The notes: generated by a model from the letters alone, not told the origin. A DNA stretch of 64,000 nucleotides from Selaginella moellendorffii (GCF_000143415.4 NW_003314311.1:814769-878768), one strand, 5' to 3'; positions 1 through 12,426 are shown, counted from the stretch's first letter. Numbers and translations are program-made.

Positions 1-709
1 GCGATTAATATGTCCGCAATCTTACATTACAAAAATTCTTCCACTATATCTCATATGTTTGCTAAGTTTTCTTTTGGTTCTCATATTGCTTCACGATATA
101 GAAATCCTTTCCACTTCATTTCCAACTCCCTCACCTCATATCCTTGTCACTTGCTCTTGCATGCGTTGAGGATGGCCTCGACTTTGTATTCCTCTTCCCC
201 TTGAATAACCTCAGGTAAAAATCTTACTTAGTCCTTGCAAAGTGGATCTTCAAAGTATAACTTAAATAAGTTCACATGGAACACAAAGTGCATCTTCCCC
301 ATCTCCCAAAGAAGTTGAAAGTAGTAAGCCACTTTACCAATTCGAGCCTCAATCTCATAAGGCCACACGAACCTGCTTAAGGAACTCAAGATCAATTCAG
401 TTCTAAGAATACATGCATTTTACCTTTGGGTCAACTTTTGGTTAATCCCACTTGGTAACTTTAGGTTCTTGGTGTTCAGCCACACTTTATCCCCAGGTTG
501 GGACTCTACATCCTGGCACTTTGGTTCTCATATTTAATTTGCTTTTGTTAAGCCTGTTTCAAGGAATCCCTCACTAGATTCCAAATGTTGAGTCTTTCTG
601 CTATGAACGCCTCTACAACGGGTAAATCTTCATGATACTCGACCATGCCGACTTCTACAGAACTTTCAATAGCTTGCCCATTGATGACTTCCCATGGACT
701 CACCCCGGT
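1..709 (-). mobile_element. Element C, 3' part: decayed Ty3/gypsy chromovirus integrase C-terminus with GPY/F motif and chromodomain; continues off the window edge
   Basis: Minus-strand translation gives FVWPYEIEARIGKVAY...MHFVFHVNLFK (~260-370) and EYKVEAIL...MKWKGFLYREAI*EPKENLA (~60-195, chromodomain). It joins the integrase at 12741 once element A is removed. Confidence 0.85.
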
Positions 710-944
710 TGTTAGGCGCCAGCTTTGACTATGTGGTCAACATCGGTCAAAGGGAGGCTCAAAGGTATATTAAGGCATGTTAGGGTAAGGGACTTAACCT
801 ACCCTAGGGCTCACAGTGGAGCGGCGGCGCAATGGAGCTTTTGAGGTAGCTCGGGGGTGGTTGGGTGGTGAGGAACCTCAAGAGGTGGCGTAGCATAGTC
901 TAGGGCAACTAGATCTTTGTCTTTTTTTGTGCCGGATCATAACA
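710..944 (+). repeat. Element A 5' LTR
   Basis: TGTTAGGCGCC...GGATCATAACA, a direct repeat of 12501-12735, followed by the PBS. Confidence 0.95.
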
Positions 945-967
945 TTGGTATCAGAGGATTGGTTGCG

Positions 968-1939
968 ATGGCCGACCAAGTTGAACACTGGAATCCTATT
1001 GTCGATGGTGGTGCCGACGATGGTGCCGACGAAGCTACGGAGATTTGGACCATTCAAGATGTGGTTCATGAGCTGTGAGCCCTTAATCAAAATCAGCAAG
1101 AGATGCAAGACGAGATGCATGGCATGAAGGATACCATGCGTGGGCGTGTTGAGGCACTCGAGGCTGGACGGGGTAGCGCTCCAAGTAAGCCTTCTTTGGT
1201 AGATCGACTCAAGATTCCAACCTTTTCCGGTGATGGTGGTGTGGACAAGTGTCTCGCTTGGCTAGCCAATGTGAAGAAGTTCTTGGCTGCTAGAGGAACT
1301 CCAGATGCAGAGGCTTTAGTGGCTATTCCGATGGTTTTGCGTGATACGGGTCTTCGATGGTGGAATTGGTTTGAGGAGTCCCGTGTTGCGGATAAGAAAC
1401 CACCAGTGTCTACCATGGATGAGTTTGAGGCTGCTTTCCGTTTACGTTTTGCCCCTCATTACGACGTGGAGAATGCTCGTACAGAACTTCACCATTTCCA
1501 GCAAGGGAAAATGACGCTCGGGGATTATATTGAGAAGCTTACTCACTTGATTAGTCGTGTTCCAACGAAGGATCCAGATCAGAACAAATCCTACTTCATT
1601 GATGGCCTACATAGTGAGAGCATGCGGCAACACTTGTGTCATTCTCAGCCTACAAAGAGTTTGGAGGAGCTCTTTGATGCGGCTCGTCGACTTGACAATG
1701 ACAAGCACAAGTCTCGCAAGCGTTTGCGGAGTTCTTCTATCGAGAATCGTCATGATGATCGCCGTGGACACAAGGATGGGAACAAGCATCACAAGTTGAA
1801 GTCGGTGGTGACTACTTCAGATGCAAAGGGGTCCAAGAAGCAGAAGTTCTTTGTGAAGAATTATAGACAGGGTTGTCATCATTGTGGCAAACTTGGACAC
1901 TACAAGGCTGATTGTCCGCAGTTGAAGAACAAGCAGTAG
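968..1939 (+). pseudogene. Element A gag (capsid plus CCHC zinc knuckle)
   Basis: ATG at 968 is in frame with ORF 1103-1939 through a premature TGA (~1076). Contains LKIPTFSG, the major homology region LHHFQQGKMTLGDYIEK and the knuckle CHHCGKLGHYKADC. Confidence 0.9.
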
Positions 1940-2313
1940 GACAAGAAGAATGGCCAATCATCTTCTCACGGTAAGTCAGATACTAAAAAGTTGCAAGCTT
2001 TATAGCGTGAGGATGACGAGAACGACCATTCCGGTCAGAGGAAGAGACTTTCGATCGTTGCTTGTCAACTCAACTGTGTGTGGAACCAGATGGAGCTCGA
2101 GGATACGCGTGAATCAGCTTTAATGCTGGAGGGCGTGTTCNNNNNNNNNNNNNNNNNNNNNNNNNNNNNNNNNNNNNNNNNNNNNNNNNNNNNNNNNNNN
2201 NNNNNNNNNNNNNNNNNNNNNNNNNNNNNNNNNNNNNNNNNNNNNNNNNNNNNNNNNNNNNNGATAAGTGGAGCATTAAGCGTATCTCGCTGGAGTATGG
2301 TGGCGTTAAAGAT

Positions 2314-3643
2314 GTGTGGTTTGGCGAGGGCGTTCAACCACCAGTTGTTATGCTCTCTGCTACATCTTTGAAGCGGGCTTGTCGTAATGGAAAAGCACTT
2401 TCAAGTTACTTGTTGTTTGTTTGTGACTTGGGGGACCAAGGCACGTGTGGGGGAGAAGCAGTAGTACGGGATGTACTTGATGAGTTTTCTGATGTTTTTC
2501 CATCTGAACTTCCTCATGGATTGCCTCCATTACGAGGTGTGGAGCATGGGATTACATTAGAGCCAGGGACGCGGCCAATTTACCGGCGTCCATTTCGGTT
2601 AAGTTATGTGGAGGAGCAAGAAGTTCAACGACAAGTCAAGGAGTTACTTGAGTTCGGATTTATTCAGCCAAGTAAGTCTCTGTTTGGTGCTCCGGTCTTG
2701 CTTGTGAAGAAGAAGGACGGTTTAATGCGGATGTGTATTGACTACCGCGCTTTAAACAAAAAGACAGTGAAGGATAAGATGCCGATGCCACGTGTGGATG
2801 ATATCCTGGACAAGCTTGGTGAAGCACGAGTGTTTCCCAAGATTGATCTGAGGAGTGGATATCATCAGATTGCAATGGATGATGCATCTATCTCCAAGAC
2901 AGCATTCAACACAAGCTTCGGACATTTTGAGTTTACAGTTATGCCGTTTGGTTTGACGAATGCACCGGCCACATTTACTCGGTTGATGACGGAGGTATTT
3001 GGGCATTATCTTCATGAGTTTGTGGAGATTTTCTTGGACGATATTCTTGTTTTTAGCAAGAATATGGAGGAGCATAGGGTGCATTTGCGCAAAGTTCTTT
3101 TGTTACTTCGAGACAACAAACTTTATGCGAAGAAGAGCAAATGTGAATTTGCAAGGTCAGAGGTGGAATATCTAGGCCATATTGTGACATCTAAGGGTGT
3201 CAAGACGGATCCAAGGAAGGTGGCTGTGGTGGAAAACTAGCCTACACCGACTATAGTGGCCTAGTTGCACAGTTTTTTTGGTATGGCTAGTTACTACTGA
3301 CGTTTCCAGCATAAGTTTGCAGAGGTGGCTATTCCTTTGACGCGGTTGTTACGCAAGAATGTGCCATTCGAGTGGAAGAAGCCACAAGAGGAGAGTTTTG
3401 TGGCGCTGAAACGATTGTTGAGCAAGACTCCAGTGCTTCGCATTGCTGATCCATCGAAACCTTACGAGGTGACATGCGATGCCGAGTGGTTATGCACTGG
3501 GAGGAGTTCTCATGCAAGAGGGACAGCCTATTGCATATGAAAGTCGAACTTTGAATTCCGTGGAGCAATGCTATTCCACATATGAGCAAAAGTTACTCTC
3601 TATTGTTCATGCTTTGCAGACGTGGCGGCACTATCTTTATGGT
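2314..3643 (+). pseudogene. Element A pol, RT and RNase H part (interrupted by element B)
   Basis: RMCIDYRALN, KIDLRSGYHQ, VMPFGLTNAPATF, FLDDILVFS, VTCDA and QKLLSIVHAL motifs, with stops at ~3238, 3262 and 3298 and a frameshift near 3480. The protease region is largely hidden by the N gap 2141-2262. Confidence 0.92.
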
Positions 3644-4790
3644 TGTCGCGAATGTGACTTCAGGTATCGAAAGTTACCTGTCGGCTAGTCCTTACGGACA
3701 CTCTTACCTTACTGCCACGATGGCAGGAGGTCGGTATTGCTGGGCCCGTTATCAGTCTCCGCCTAAGCTAGTTGAGAAACTGGTCTTCGCATGTGCACTT
3801 GACTAGATGGGCATAAGGACGGAATTCCTACGTGCTATTTGTCAAGCATACTTGACCTGGTTAGAGAAACTCATTCGTTGACTTGCACTTGCTAGTGTTG
3901 GGAACCCCCGTGATATTGAGATTGGTCCCTTAATATCGCTAGATGATAGCTTACCGTGTCTGCCAAACACCCTTGCTATCATGCCCTTTGTGTTAGTCTC
4001 ATTTCGGTCCCAAATGCTATTTATGGAAAGCGTCAAGATTTGCTCATTTGGCATATCTACGGAATGTAGAGATCGTTCTGAACACAATGGTGTTCGTCCC
4101 ATGTCCAAATTCGCAATCTAGGGACATTCCATATTTAGTAAGTTTTGAGCTTGTCCCAAAGACTAACTCCTAATACTAAGGGAGGCTTGGGGTGAAAGCC
4201 CAAAGCGTGTGTTCCTCAAGGGGGGGGGGGGGGCTGTGGGGGGTTCCAAATGTATAGTAGGGATAGTGGGTAAGTCGGGCATGGCCGACCAACCTGAGGC
4301 ATAGTCTAGCTCCCGCTTGCGTGCCTGTCCTTGTTCTGCGTCCGGTTTGGGTCTAAGCCCAAGTTCCATTCCATGCTAATTGGTGGAATACCCATATTCT
4401 CACGTTAGGCCACCGGTATGCCGAAATAGCGCCAGACTCCGTTTGGCTCCGTTTTGCGTGTTGGTTCTGGCCTTGGGATGCTGGTTGCTCCAGGACTGTT
4501 CCAAGTTGCTCCGGGCTCCTGTCCCTTCGCTCCTTGGGCTTTATGCTCGGGAGTTGCTCCGTGGTTCGGTTCCATCACTCCTTGGCTCCATGCTTGGGAG
4601 TTTGGCACCGTTCCTTCGTTTAGTGGCCCAAGGCCCTGAACCTTGAGTTCCTATGGACACGTGGCATGGACACGTGGCATGTGACACGTGGCATCTGTCA
4701 CGTGGCACAAAGAGGGTTTAGGTTCCGCTTCGTGGTGTTATCCTATAGTAAATCACTATAGGATAAAGGGTCAAAACCACGTGCGCTACA
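3644..4790 (+). repeat. Element B 5' LTR (1147 bp)
   Basis: Direct repeat of 9764-10894 with TG/CA ends. Confidence 0.95.
4656..4766 (+). promoter_or_regulatory. Tandem G-box/ABRE array (4x CACGTGGC) plus a perfect 12-bp hairpin at the 3' end of LTR B
   Basis: GGACACGTGGCATGGACACGTGGCATGTGACACGTGGCATCTGTCACGTGGCACA, then hairpin TTATCCTATAGT-AAATC-ACTATAGGATAA (4738-4766). The 3' LTR carries three copies. Function is inferred from the motif only. Confidence 0.55.
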
Positions 4791-7700
4791 TTTGGTATCA
4801 GAGAATGAGTCTCAGCGAGTACTATTCAATGAGATTGGGTAACTAGTCTCGTTGCATACGCAGAGATGAAAACGATGATCCGAGTGGGTACACGTTTGGT
4901 GCAAAGGGTTCACATTCGTTCCTTGGGTATGGATTCGGTTACCTTGTTGTACCTTATGATGTGAGCTTGCTCTTGGGCTCATAAGATGGATTGAGTTGTT
5001 CCGTTCGCACGAGTTTGCGCTTGGGCTCGTGAGTGAGGCACATTAGCAACTCAAGGTTACACTTTGAGTTGGCAGGATTAATGTTAGCCTATCGGTGGTT
5101 CCATGAGTTGTTCCATGTACCGTGGGTAAAAGCAAACCTTCCCTGAGTTTGCTATGAATGGTAAATAGGCTAGTCCGTAGCTGTTTAGCACGGCACTAGT
5201 GGATCCTTCCTAGGCATGATTACAAGTGAATCAATCAAGATTGTAGGGATTAGTCTATTGGTTCAAGTAGTCATTGCCGTGCTCTCTCATAAACTTTTTC
5301 CTGGATTGGACTGAAAGCAGTGCGAACGCAAGCTTGAGGTTTAGTCAAAGATCAGACCGAAAAGAGAGTTGTCAGGGACGAAGGATCAAACACGTAAATC
5401 ATCTTTTCTTCTTGGAGAGATGATTTGCAACAAGGTGTTAACTCATTGCTCGTGTTCACATCATGCAATCAAAATTCCCTACCTTGATGCATCTTGGAAA
5501 TGATGGTCTTACAAATGGTGAGTTATGGGATGGATAATGGTGAAATGCTATACCATTTTGTCTAGGCTTGCTATTGGAAGACTTGGGTTGCAATGCTCAA
5601 TTCTTTTCCGGGGAACCTTGCTATTGCTCCTTGAGTAGCTTGGTGTTGGGTTAAGTTTTGAGTTTGATCGGATAGCGAGTGGCATGAGCTTGTCTGTGTT
5701 GTGAACAAAAGTTAGTGGTGTTGGGTGTTGTAGATTTCTATTGGTAGAGTGTGGCATTTATGTTGCATTTTGTCAAATCGAGTTGACACTTGATACTTAC
5801 ATAAACCTTTGAAGTAATGACATTGGCATTGCCTGTGGTGTTGCTCAATTGATGATCAAATCATTGTAATTTCTATATCATATCCATGTGATAATGAGCA
5901 ATATATTTACGAAGTTGCTTGGTTAAATGATGATCAACCCCAAAGTGGTTGATGGTGAAGCTAGTCTACTTGCACGAAATAGCATTGTAGTAGCTTTGAC
6001 TGGATTCTCGATGGTGGTCCATTATGCTAAGCTTAAGTTGGTTCCTTGTTTCCTTGAGGGTTTGCCCATAAGGTGTTGAAAAGGGTTGTAGCATTTAGTT
6101 GCTATAACTCATTAGTTGATCCGTTAACACTTGGAGTAGATTGTTGGATGGAGAAGATGTGTAGTTGGGGCATTGACATCACTAGCACTTGTGTTAGTGG
6201 AAGTGACATTGTTACTTCGAGTGATAAGGAATTTTCTTTAGAGCTTGATTTTCCATGTCATTTTTCTTGTTAGTGTTTTAGCTTCACATTGGATCTTGAA
6301 AGTGGTTGAAGAAGAGTGTTGGTGCAATATGGATATCCGAAGATGTGGTCTTCGTGATCAAGCCTTGGATATTCCATTTGCATTTTACGGATATCAGTGT
6401 TGGATGTCGAAAGAATGGGCAGAAAGATGTTCGAGGCTTAAGCATACTATAGGTCATGAGAATTTGTGTTGAGGTGAACCTATGTGAAGTTGTAAGTAGG
6501 AGGAAGTTGGTTGAGTCTTGAAAGTTTGCATTCTTGGACTGAGAGCCATTCTTTCTCTAGGATGGAAAGATTTTCCGCAAATTTTCTTAGGCTTTTCCAA
6601 TGGCTGATCTGCTGATCACTTTGTCCGAAAACCATTCCGTTTTCGAAAGCCAATACAAACTAGTGAAGGGGTTGGAGTTGACTTCGGTTAGCTTAGACCT
6701 TAGTATGTAGTTTGTATGATGCGGCCCGAAAGGGATGCTGACTTTTGGGGCTATTGCAATTGAGTTGGATAGAGTCTGGAGTTAGTGTAGAAAAGTGGCT
6801 GTTGCACTTTTTTAAGAAAGGTGACCCTTGTGCCTTTCTTTTATAGTGTTATGCTTAGTGGCAAGTTGCACTTTGCATTTCGTTAGACTCTATGAGAGTA
6901 GTGAGCTCTCACTGATCTTGACTTGGTCTTGGTGGCCCTGCGCCTTGGCTGAGGATGGTGATGTTCAACTTAGTTGTTTGAGTTCGAGATGTTGATACCC
7001 GTACTGTAGCTTTGTCTATGAGGAGGTTGTGTACCGATATGAGTCCATCTTATGGTCTTCACTTTAGTTTCGACTAAGTGTTGATCATGCATAGCTAGCC
7101 TCTTCAAGGCATGCTCAAAGCTATTGGCTAAATGCATTAGTGAGCTTATTGCGGTTGAGTTGGATTCGAGTGGTCATTTAGTTTGTGCCTGTCCATGAGC
7201 TAATATCTCATATCTGGGGTATTATATTCATATTGGACAAGTATATGACTCAATAGCATGAGTTAGTGTTTGGGTCTTGTGAAAGGCAAGACAAGTGATT
7301 GTTGGTTGCTTTGCAACTAGTGATTGCTTGTAGACTTTGTCAAGGGCTTTTGACACTTGCTTCACTCGATGATGATTTAGCAGTGATGGGTTTACTTTTG
7401 CGGAGGATCGTGTTGTTAGACTTACATAGGTTTTCCATGTTGGCATGTCAACTCTACCTCTGTCGATGTCATTTGGTTGCATTTAGCCCATGGTGTTGGA
7501 TTTCATTGAGTCTTGGATGTGGTGATTCACTCCTTGAGGAAGTGTTATCTGTACCTGAGTATTGTTGAGAAATTGGTCTCGGATACTGAGTAAAGTATCT
7601 CCGACTTTGGTTAGCTTGGTTGCAAAAGAGCTTTGAGTGGTGATACACTCGTGCTTTCTTCTAGCTTTGTTCTAGTGTTGGTGGCACTGAGGTGATGCCT

Positions 7701-9763
7701 TGTCGTTGACATTGTTGATGTTGAGATTTCAGTGAAATGAGATGTCTCTCCGCAAAATTGATGTCGAGTTTCATTAGTCTTAATGAAGATAGTGTTGATG
7801 ATTTGGCTATGGCTTTGTGTTATTGGCATTCGTACATTTGCTAGTTCGCAACTATGTTGACGTTCAAATGAACTAAGTGGCAAGTTTGAGTTAGTTGTGT
7901 TCTAAACAAGGTTATTTAGTAGGGGTTGAGCTTCAGCTTTTCCTTGAAAAGTGATTTAGTCGTGGATAACACTAGCTTTACAAGATGAAGAGTTAGTGAT
8001 TGATATTGGAATATTTGAATCCTTATTGGATTTGAGTTGGAATATATCGATCATTGATGATTCTTCTTGTGCTTGTTATGATGTGAGTTATGTCTTGCTA
8101 TAGATGGATTCATGGAGGATCGTTTGATGATCACTTGTTGAGCATAGCTTTGTTATGCTTAGCTTTTGGATTGATGCAGACATGCTCTTCATTAGCTTTG
8201 GCATTATGAAGTTTGGCTTATGGATGTGTTGAGGAAGATGTTGTGGGTTGCATCACAATTTCTTCTTTAGCATTGAAGTTAGCTTCTATGAGACTTGTGA
8301 TCATTATTAAGCAAAAACTTAGTTATAGACTTCTTCGAGCTTTTGGTTCTTTGACCTTTATGCTCGTTGTTCCATTTGTTAGAAGTTGTTGGGGAAGGCA
8401 TTTTGGCTTGTTAGCTTCGATGAAGTTAGTATTTGCATCTGGCAATCATTGGTGATGATTAATTATCATCTAAGATAGTTGATTATCCTTGTCAAGGGTT
8501 TTGCTTGGTTGTTGTTGATATAGAATGATTCGCTGCTCTTTGAGATAGTGGATTCTTTCTTAGACGATGATTATGCATCTCTTTATTGATGAGATGATTG
8601 ATGATCTTTCGTGATAGTTAGTTATTCTCTTTGATAGTTTTTTGGCTTTTCGCAATACCACATATTTTTTGTGATTTGCTTTGGATTGGTCTCTTGGGTT
8701 TGAGACATCAGTAGGATGTTGCTGACACTTTCTTAGGCAACTTGAGTTCCTTGGTATTGTTGGCTGGGATCTATTCAGATTGGCTTTTGTGATAGTTGGC
8801 AGAAGTGAGTGTTTGTTGGTCTTACTGCATTCATTCTGTTCTGTTGATTATTGCTCAAGTTAGTTTTGATAGATTGGGATGTTATTTCCTTCGGGTGATA
8901 CATTCGCGAGCATTGTGCTTGTCAGTCAATGATACTTTGTGTTCTTTGAGTTATCTTTTGTAAGTTGTTTGGCATTCTCTTTGCAATCTTTAATAGTTAA
9001 ATTTTATCATTGAGTTTACTTGATGATATACTTGCTATTGAATTTTGTTTGATGGTGAATCCTATGTTTACCAGTTATGCTGATCTTGGTGGTTCCTATA
9101 CTATAGTACTAGTTTATCGGATGATAACTTCATTGGAATACTTTTGTGTTCTAATCTAAGATATAGTCACTGATAATTATGTCTCTAAGATATCATTGTC
9201 TATGACTTTGATATTGTCCATCTATTAATCTTTGAGTTTGGGCCAGTATAGGCAGACTGGCTTCGGCACTTCATGTGCATGTTGAAATCTCTAGTCATGG
9301 GGTAGCTACTGTCGACTGGTCACATAACCCGCCTCTCTGTCGATGTTCCTTATTCCGTTAAAAGGGCGTGACCGTGTAAACAACTCTAACTGCCTGTTTA
9401 CAGTAGTCTATCTAAACCTTACCGACGGGTTTGGTTTCTTTGCTTAGGAGGGTTGGGGCCTCTGGCTTCTCTCTCTATGTTCCTGCGGGCAGGGGCATAT
9501 CACACTTTTGTAAGCTGGGTGACTCCTAGAGCAGCAAGGGTGGCTGACTCCGTTGGTCATTTCCTTGTCGGTGACGGCCGGAAGGTGTCTAAGCTGGTAG
9601 CGCATCCGCGTTAGACAAAGAGGTTGCCTCCTAACTCATTTAAGTTGGTGCATTTCTCACATAGTGTGAATACCGTGAACTTTTTCTAGAGTTGTTTCCT
9701 TGGCGGTATTCTAGACTCGAGTATGCATCGACGAGGACATCGATCTTCCTTAGGGGGGGAGAG

Positions 9764-10894
9764 TGTCGCGAATGTGACTTCAGGTATCGAAAGTTACCTG
9801 TCGGCTAGTCCTTACGGACACTCTTACCTTACTGCCACGATGGCAGGAGGTCGGTATTGCTGGGCCCGTTATCAGTCTCCGCCTAAGCTAGTTGAGAAAC
9901 TGGTCTTCGCATGTGCACTTGACTAGATGGGCATAAGGACGGAATTCCTACGTGCTATTTGTCAAGCATACTTGACCTGGTTAGAGAAACTCATTCGTTG
10001 ACTTGCACTTGCTAGTGTTGGTAACCCCCGTGATATTGAGATTGGTCCCTTAATATTGCTAGATGATAGCTTACCGTGTCTGTCAAACACCCTCGCTATC
10101 ATGCCCTTTGTGTTAGTCTCATTTCGGTCCCAAATGCTATTTATGGAAAGCGTCAAGATTTGCTCATTTGGCATATCTACGGAATATAGAGATCGTTCTG
10201 AACACAATGGTGTTCGTCCCATGTCCAAATTCGCAATCTAGGGACATTCCATATTTAGTAAGTTTCGAGCTTGTCCCAGAGACTAACTCCTAATACTAAG
10301 GGAGGCTTGGGGTGAAAGCCCAAAGCATGTGTTCCTCAAGGGGGGGGGGGCTGTGGGGGGTTCCAAATGTATAGTAGGGATAGTGGGTAGGTCGGGCATG
10401 GCCGACCAACTTGAGGCATAGTCTAGCTCCCGCTTGCGTGCCTGTCCTTGTTCTGCGTCCGGTTTGGGTCTAAGCCCAAGTTCCATTCCATGCTAGTTGG
10501 TGGAGTACCCATATCCTCACGTTAGGCCACCGGTATGCCGAAATAGCGCCAGACTCCGTTTGGCTCCGTTTTGCGTGCTGGTCCTGGCATTGGGATGCTG
10601 GTTGCTCCAGGACTGTTCCAAGTTGCTCCGGGCTCCTGTCCCTTCGCTCCTTGGGCTTTATGCTCGGGAGTTGCTCCGTGGTTCGGTTCCATCACTCCTT
10701 GGCTCCATGCTTGGGAGTTTGGCACCGTTCCTTCGTTTAGTGGCCCAAGGCCCTGAACCTTGAGTTCCTATGGACACGTGGCATGTGACACGTGGCATCT
10801 GTCACGTGGCACAAAGAGGGTTTAGGTTCCGCTTCGTGGTGTTATCCTATAGTAAATCACTATAGGATAAAGGGTCAAAACCACGTGCGCTACA
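9764..10894 (+). repeat. Element B 3' LTR (1131 bp)
   Basis: Direct repeat of 3644-4790, preceded by the PPT and followed by TSD ATGGT. Confidence 0.95.
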
Positions 10895-10899
10895 ATGGT

Positions 10900-12426
10900 G
10901 CAGTGTTCGTGGTGTTGACAGATCACAAACCACTTGTGTATCTTTTCACACAGAAGGAGTTGAACACTAGGCAAGCTCGTTGGATGGTCAAACTCATGGA
11001 GTTTGGGGAGTTTCCTATTGAGCATCGTCTGGGAAAATTAAATGTGGTGGCGGATGCTTTATCTCGTGTTCGTCATGTGACAACGTTACGAACACGATTT
11101 TGTCATCGTCTAAGTAAGGTGGTCAGCGAGTTTGGGCAGTTGGTTGAGCATGCTCAGGCTCAGGATGCTGAGGTGGCTTCTTTGCGAGCCTAGATGGAAG
11201 CCCCTTTCTCATTGGTGGATGGGATTCTCTACTATAATGGCTGTGTATATTTGCCATGGGTGGATGTGTTAATTACTCAAGTTTTATTCCACTATCATGA
11301 TCGTCCAGAGGCCGGTCATTTTGGGGGGAAGAAGACGTATGAGTTGATTAAGCGCAATTTTTATTAGAGGAATATGAAGGCTGATATCCTTAAGTATTGT
11401 AAATCATGCGAGCTTTGTCAATGGGTTAAGGTGCCACGAGAGAAGCCGGGGGGACTTTTGCAACCTTTACCTATTCCTCAGAGCCGTTAGTGTAGTATCT
11501 CTATGGACTTTATCACTTGTTTGCCACGAACACAGAGGCAAAAAGAGCAAGTATGGGTCATAGTGGATCGGTTGACGAAGTATGTGCAATTGTTGGCTCT
11601 TCGGAAGACTGTCACTGCCTTAGACTTGGCTACAGTTTACTTGGAGAAGGTTTTTCCTGATTTTGGTTTGCCAGAAGACATTATTAGTGATCGAGATTCA
11701 AAGTTCACCAATGGATTTTGGAAAAGCTTTGCAAAGGCTATGCAAGTGACTTTGAAACTCTCAAGTGGAGATCATCCTCAGATGGATGGGCAAACTAAGC
11801 GTGTGAATCAGGTGGTGGAGGATATGCTACGTTGTAGCATTGGTCAAAGGCAAGGACAGTGGGATCTATATCTTCCGTTGGTGCAATTTGCTTACAACAA
11901 TAGCTAACACAGTGGAACCAAGCTAAGTCCTTACTTTGCCATGTTTGGAAGGCATCCTCGAACAGTGGTGGAGTTGGGATTGCATTTGAGTAAGGACGTT
12001 CAAAATAAGCTTGATTCCGAAGCAACTGATCTGGCCACTGAACTTGATGAGATTTTGGTGGTGTGCAAACGAAATTTGCAAGCAGCTTAGGATAGAGCGG
12101 AGAAATTTGCCAATGAGCATCGCCAATTCCGGGAATATAAGGTGGGTGATCTCGTCTTTGTGCAAGTGACCTTTCCGTCAAGTGAGCGGCAGAACACCTT
12201 GGTGCCTTTACGGACAGAGAAGAGTGATAAACTTTCCCATCGATATGCTGGTCCATATGAAGTGTTGGAGCGCATTGGTAAAGCGGCTTATCGGGTGCGG
12301 CTGCCAGCTGGGGTGAAAATTCATCCGGTATTTTATGTCAGCCAGTTGAAAGGTGTACTATCTCGGAGTGACGGGCCCAATGCCTCCTTGATGTATACGG
12401 CTGTGGAAGATGGACCAGGAGCTTGA
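10900..12426 (+). pseudogene. Element A pol, end of RNase H and integrase
   Basis: VLTDHKPL, NVVADALSR, MDFITCLP, VIVDRLTKY, IISDRDSKFT, HPQMDGQTKRVNQ and YAGPYEVL (GPY/F), with several stops. No chromodomain follows. Confidence 0.92.

Larger units (their letters stand above)
3644..10894 (+). mobile_element. Element B: non-autonomous LARD-like LTR retroelement inserted in the RNase H of element A
   Basis: LTRs 3644-4790 and 9764-10894 (TGTCGCG...CGCTACA; about 16 substitutions and 2 indels by eye). Perfect TSD ATGGT (3639-3643/10895-10899), PBS TGGTATCAGAG at 4793-4803, [15 protein letters not shown] at 9752-9763. The ~5-kb interior has no ORF over ~90 aa. Confidence 0.93.

Noticed and set aside
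1073-1078. Same TGA in gag of element A and of its deleted copy (~24531), suggesting programmed readthrough
   Set aside because: CGA>TGA is a CpG deamination hotspot, so recurrence or shared descent is simpler; two copies cannot support recoding.
3582-4646. Duplicated short ORFs (e.g. MVEYPYSH..., MDMGRTPL...) repeated at 9723-10763
   Set aside because: They are chance ORFs within the two LTRs of element B; the duplication reflects the LTR, not a gene family.
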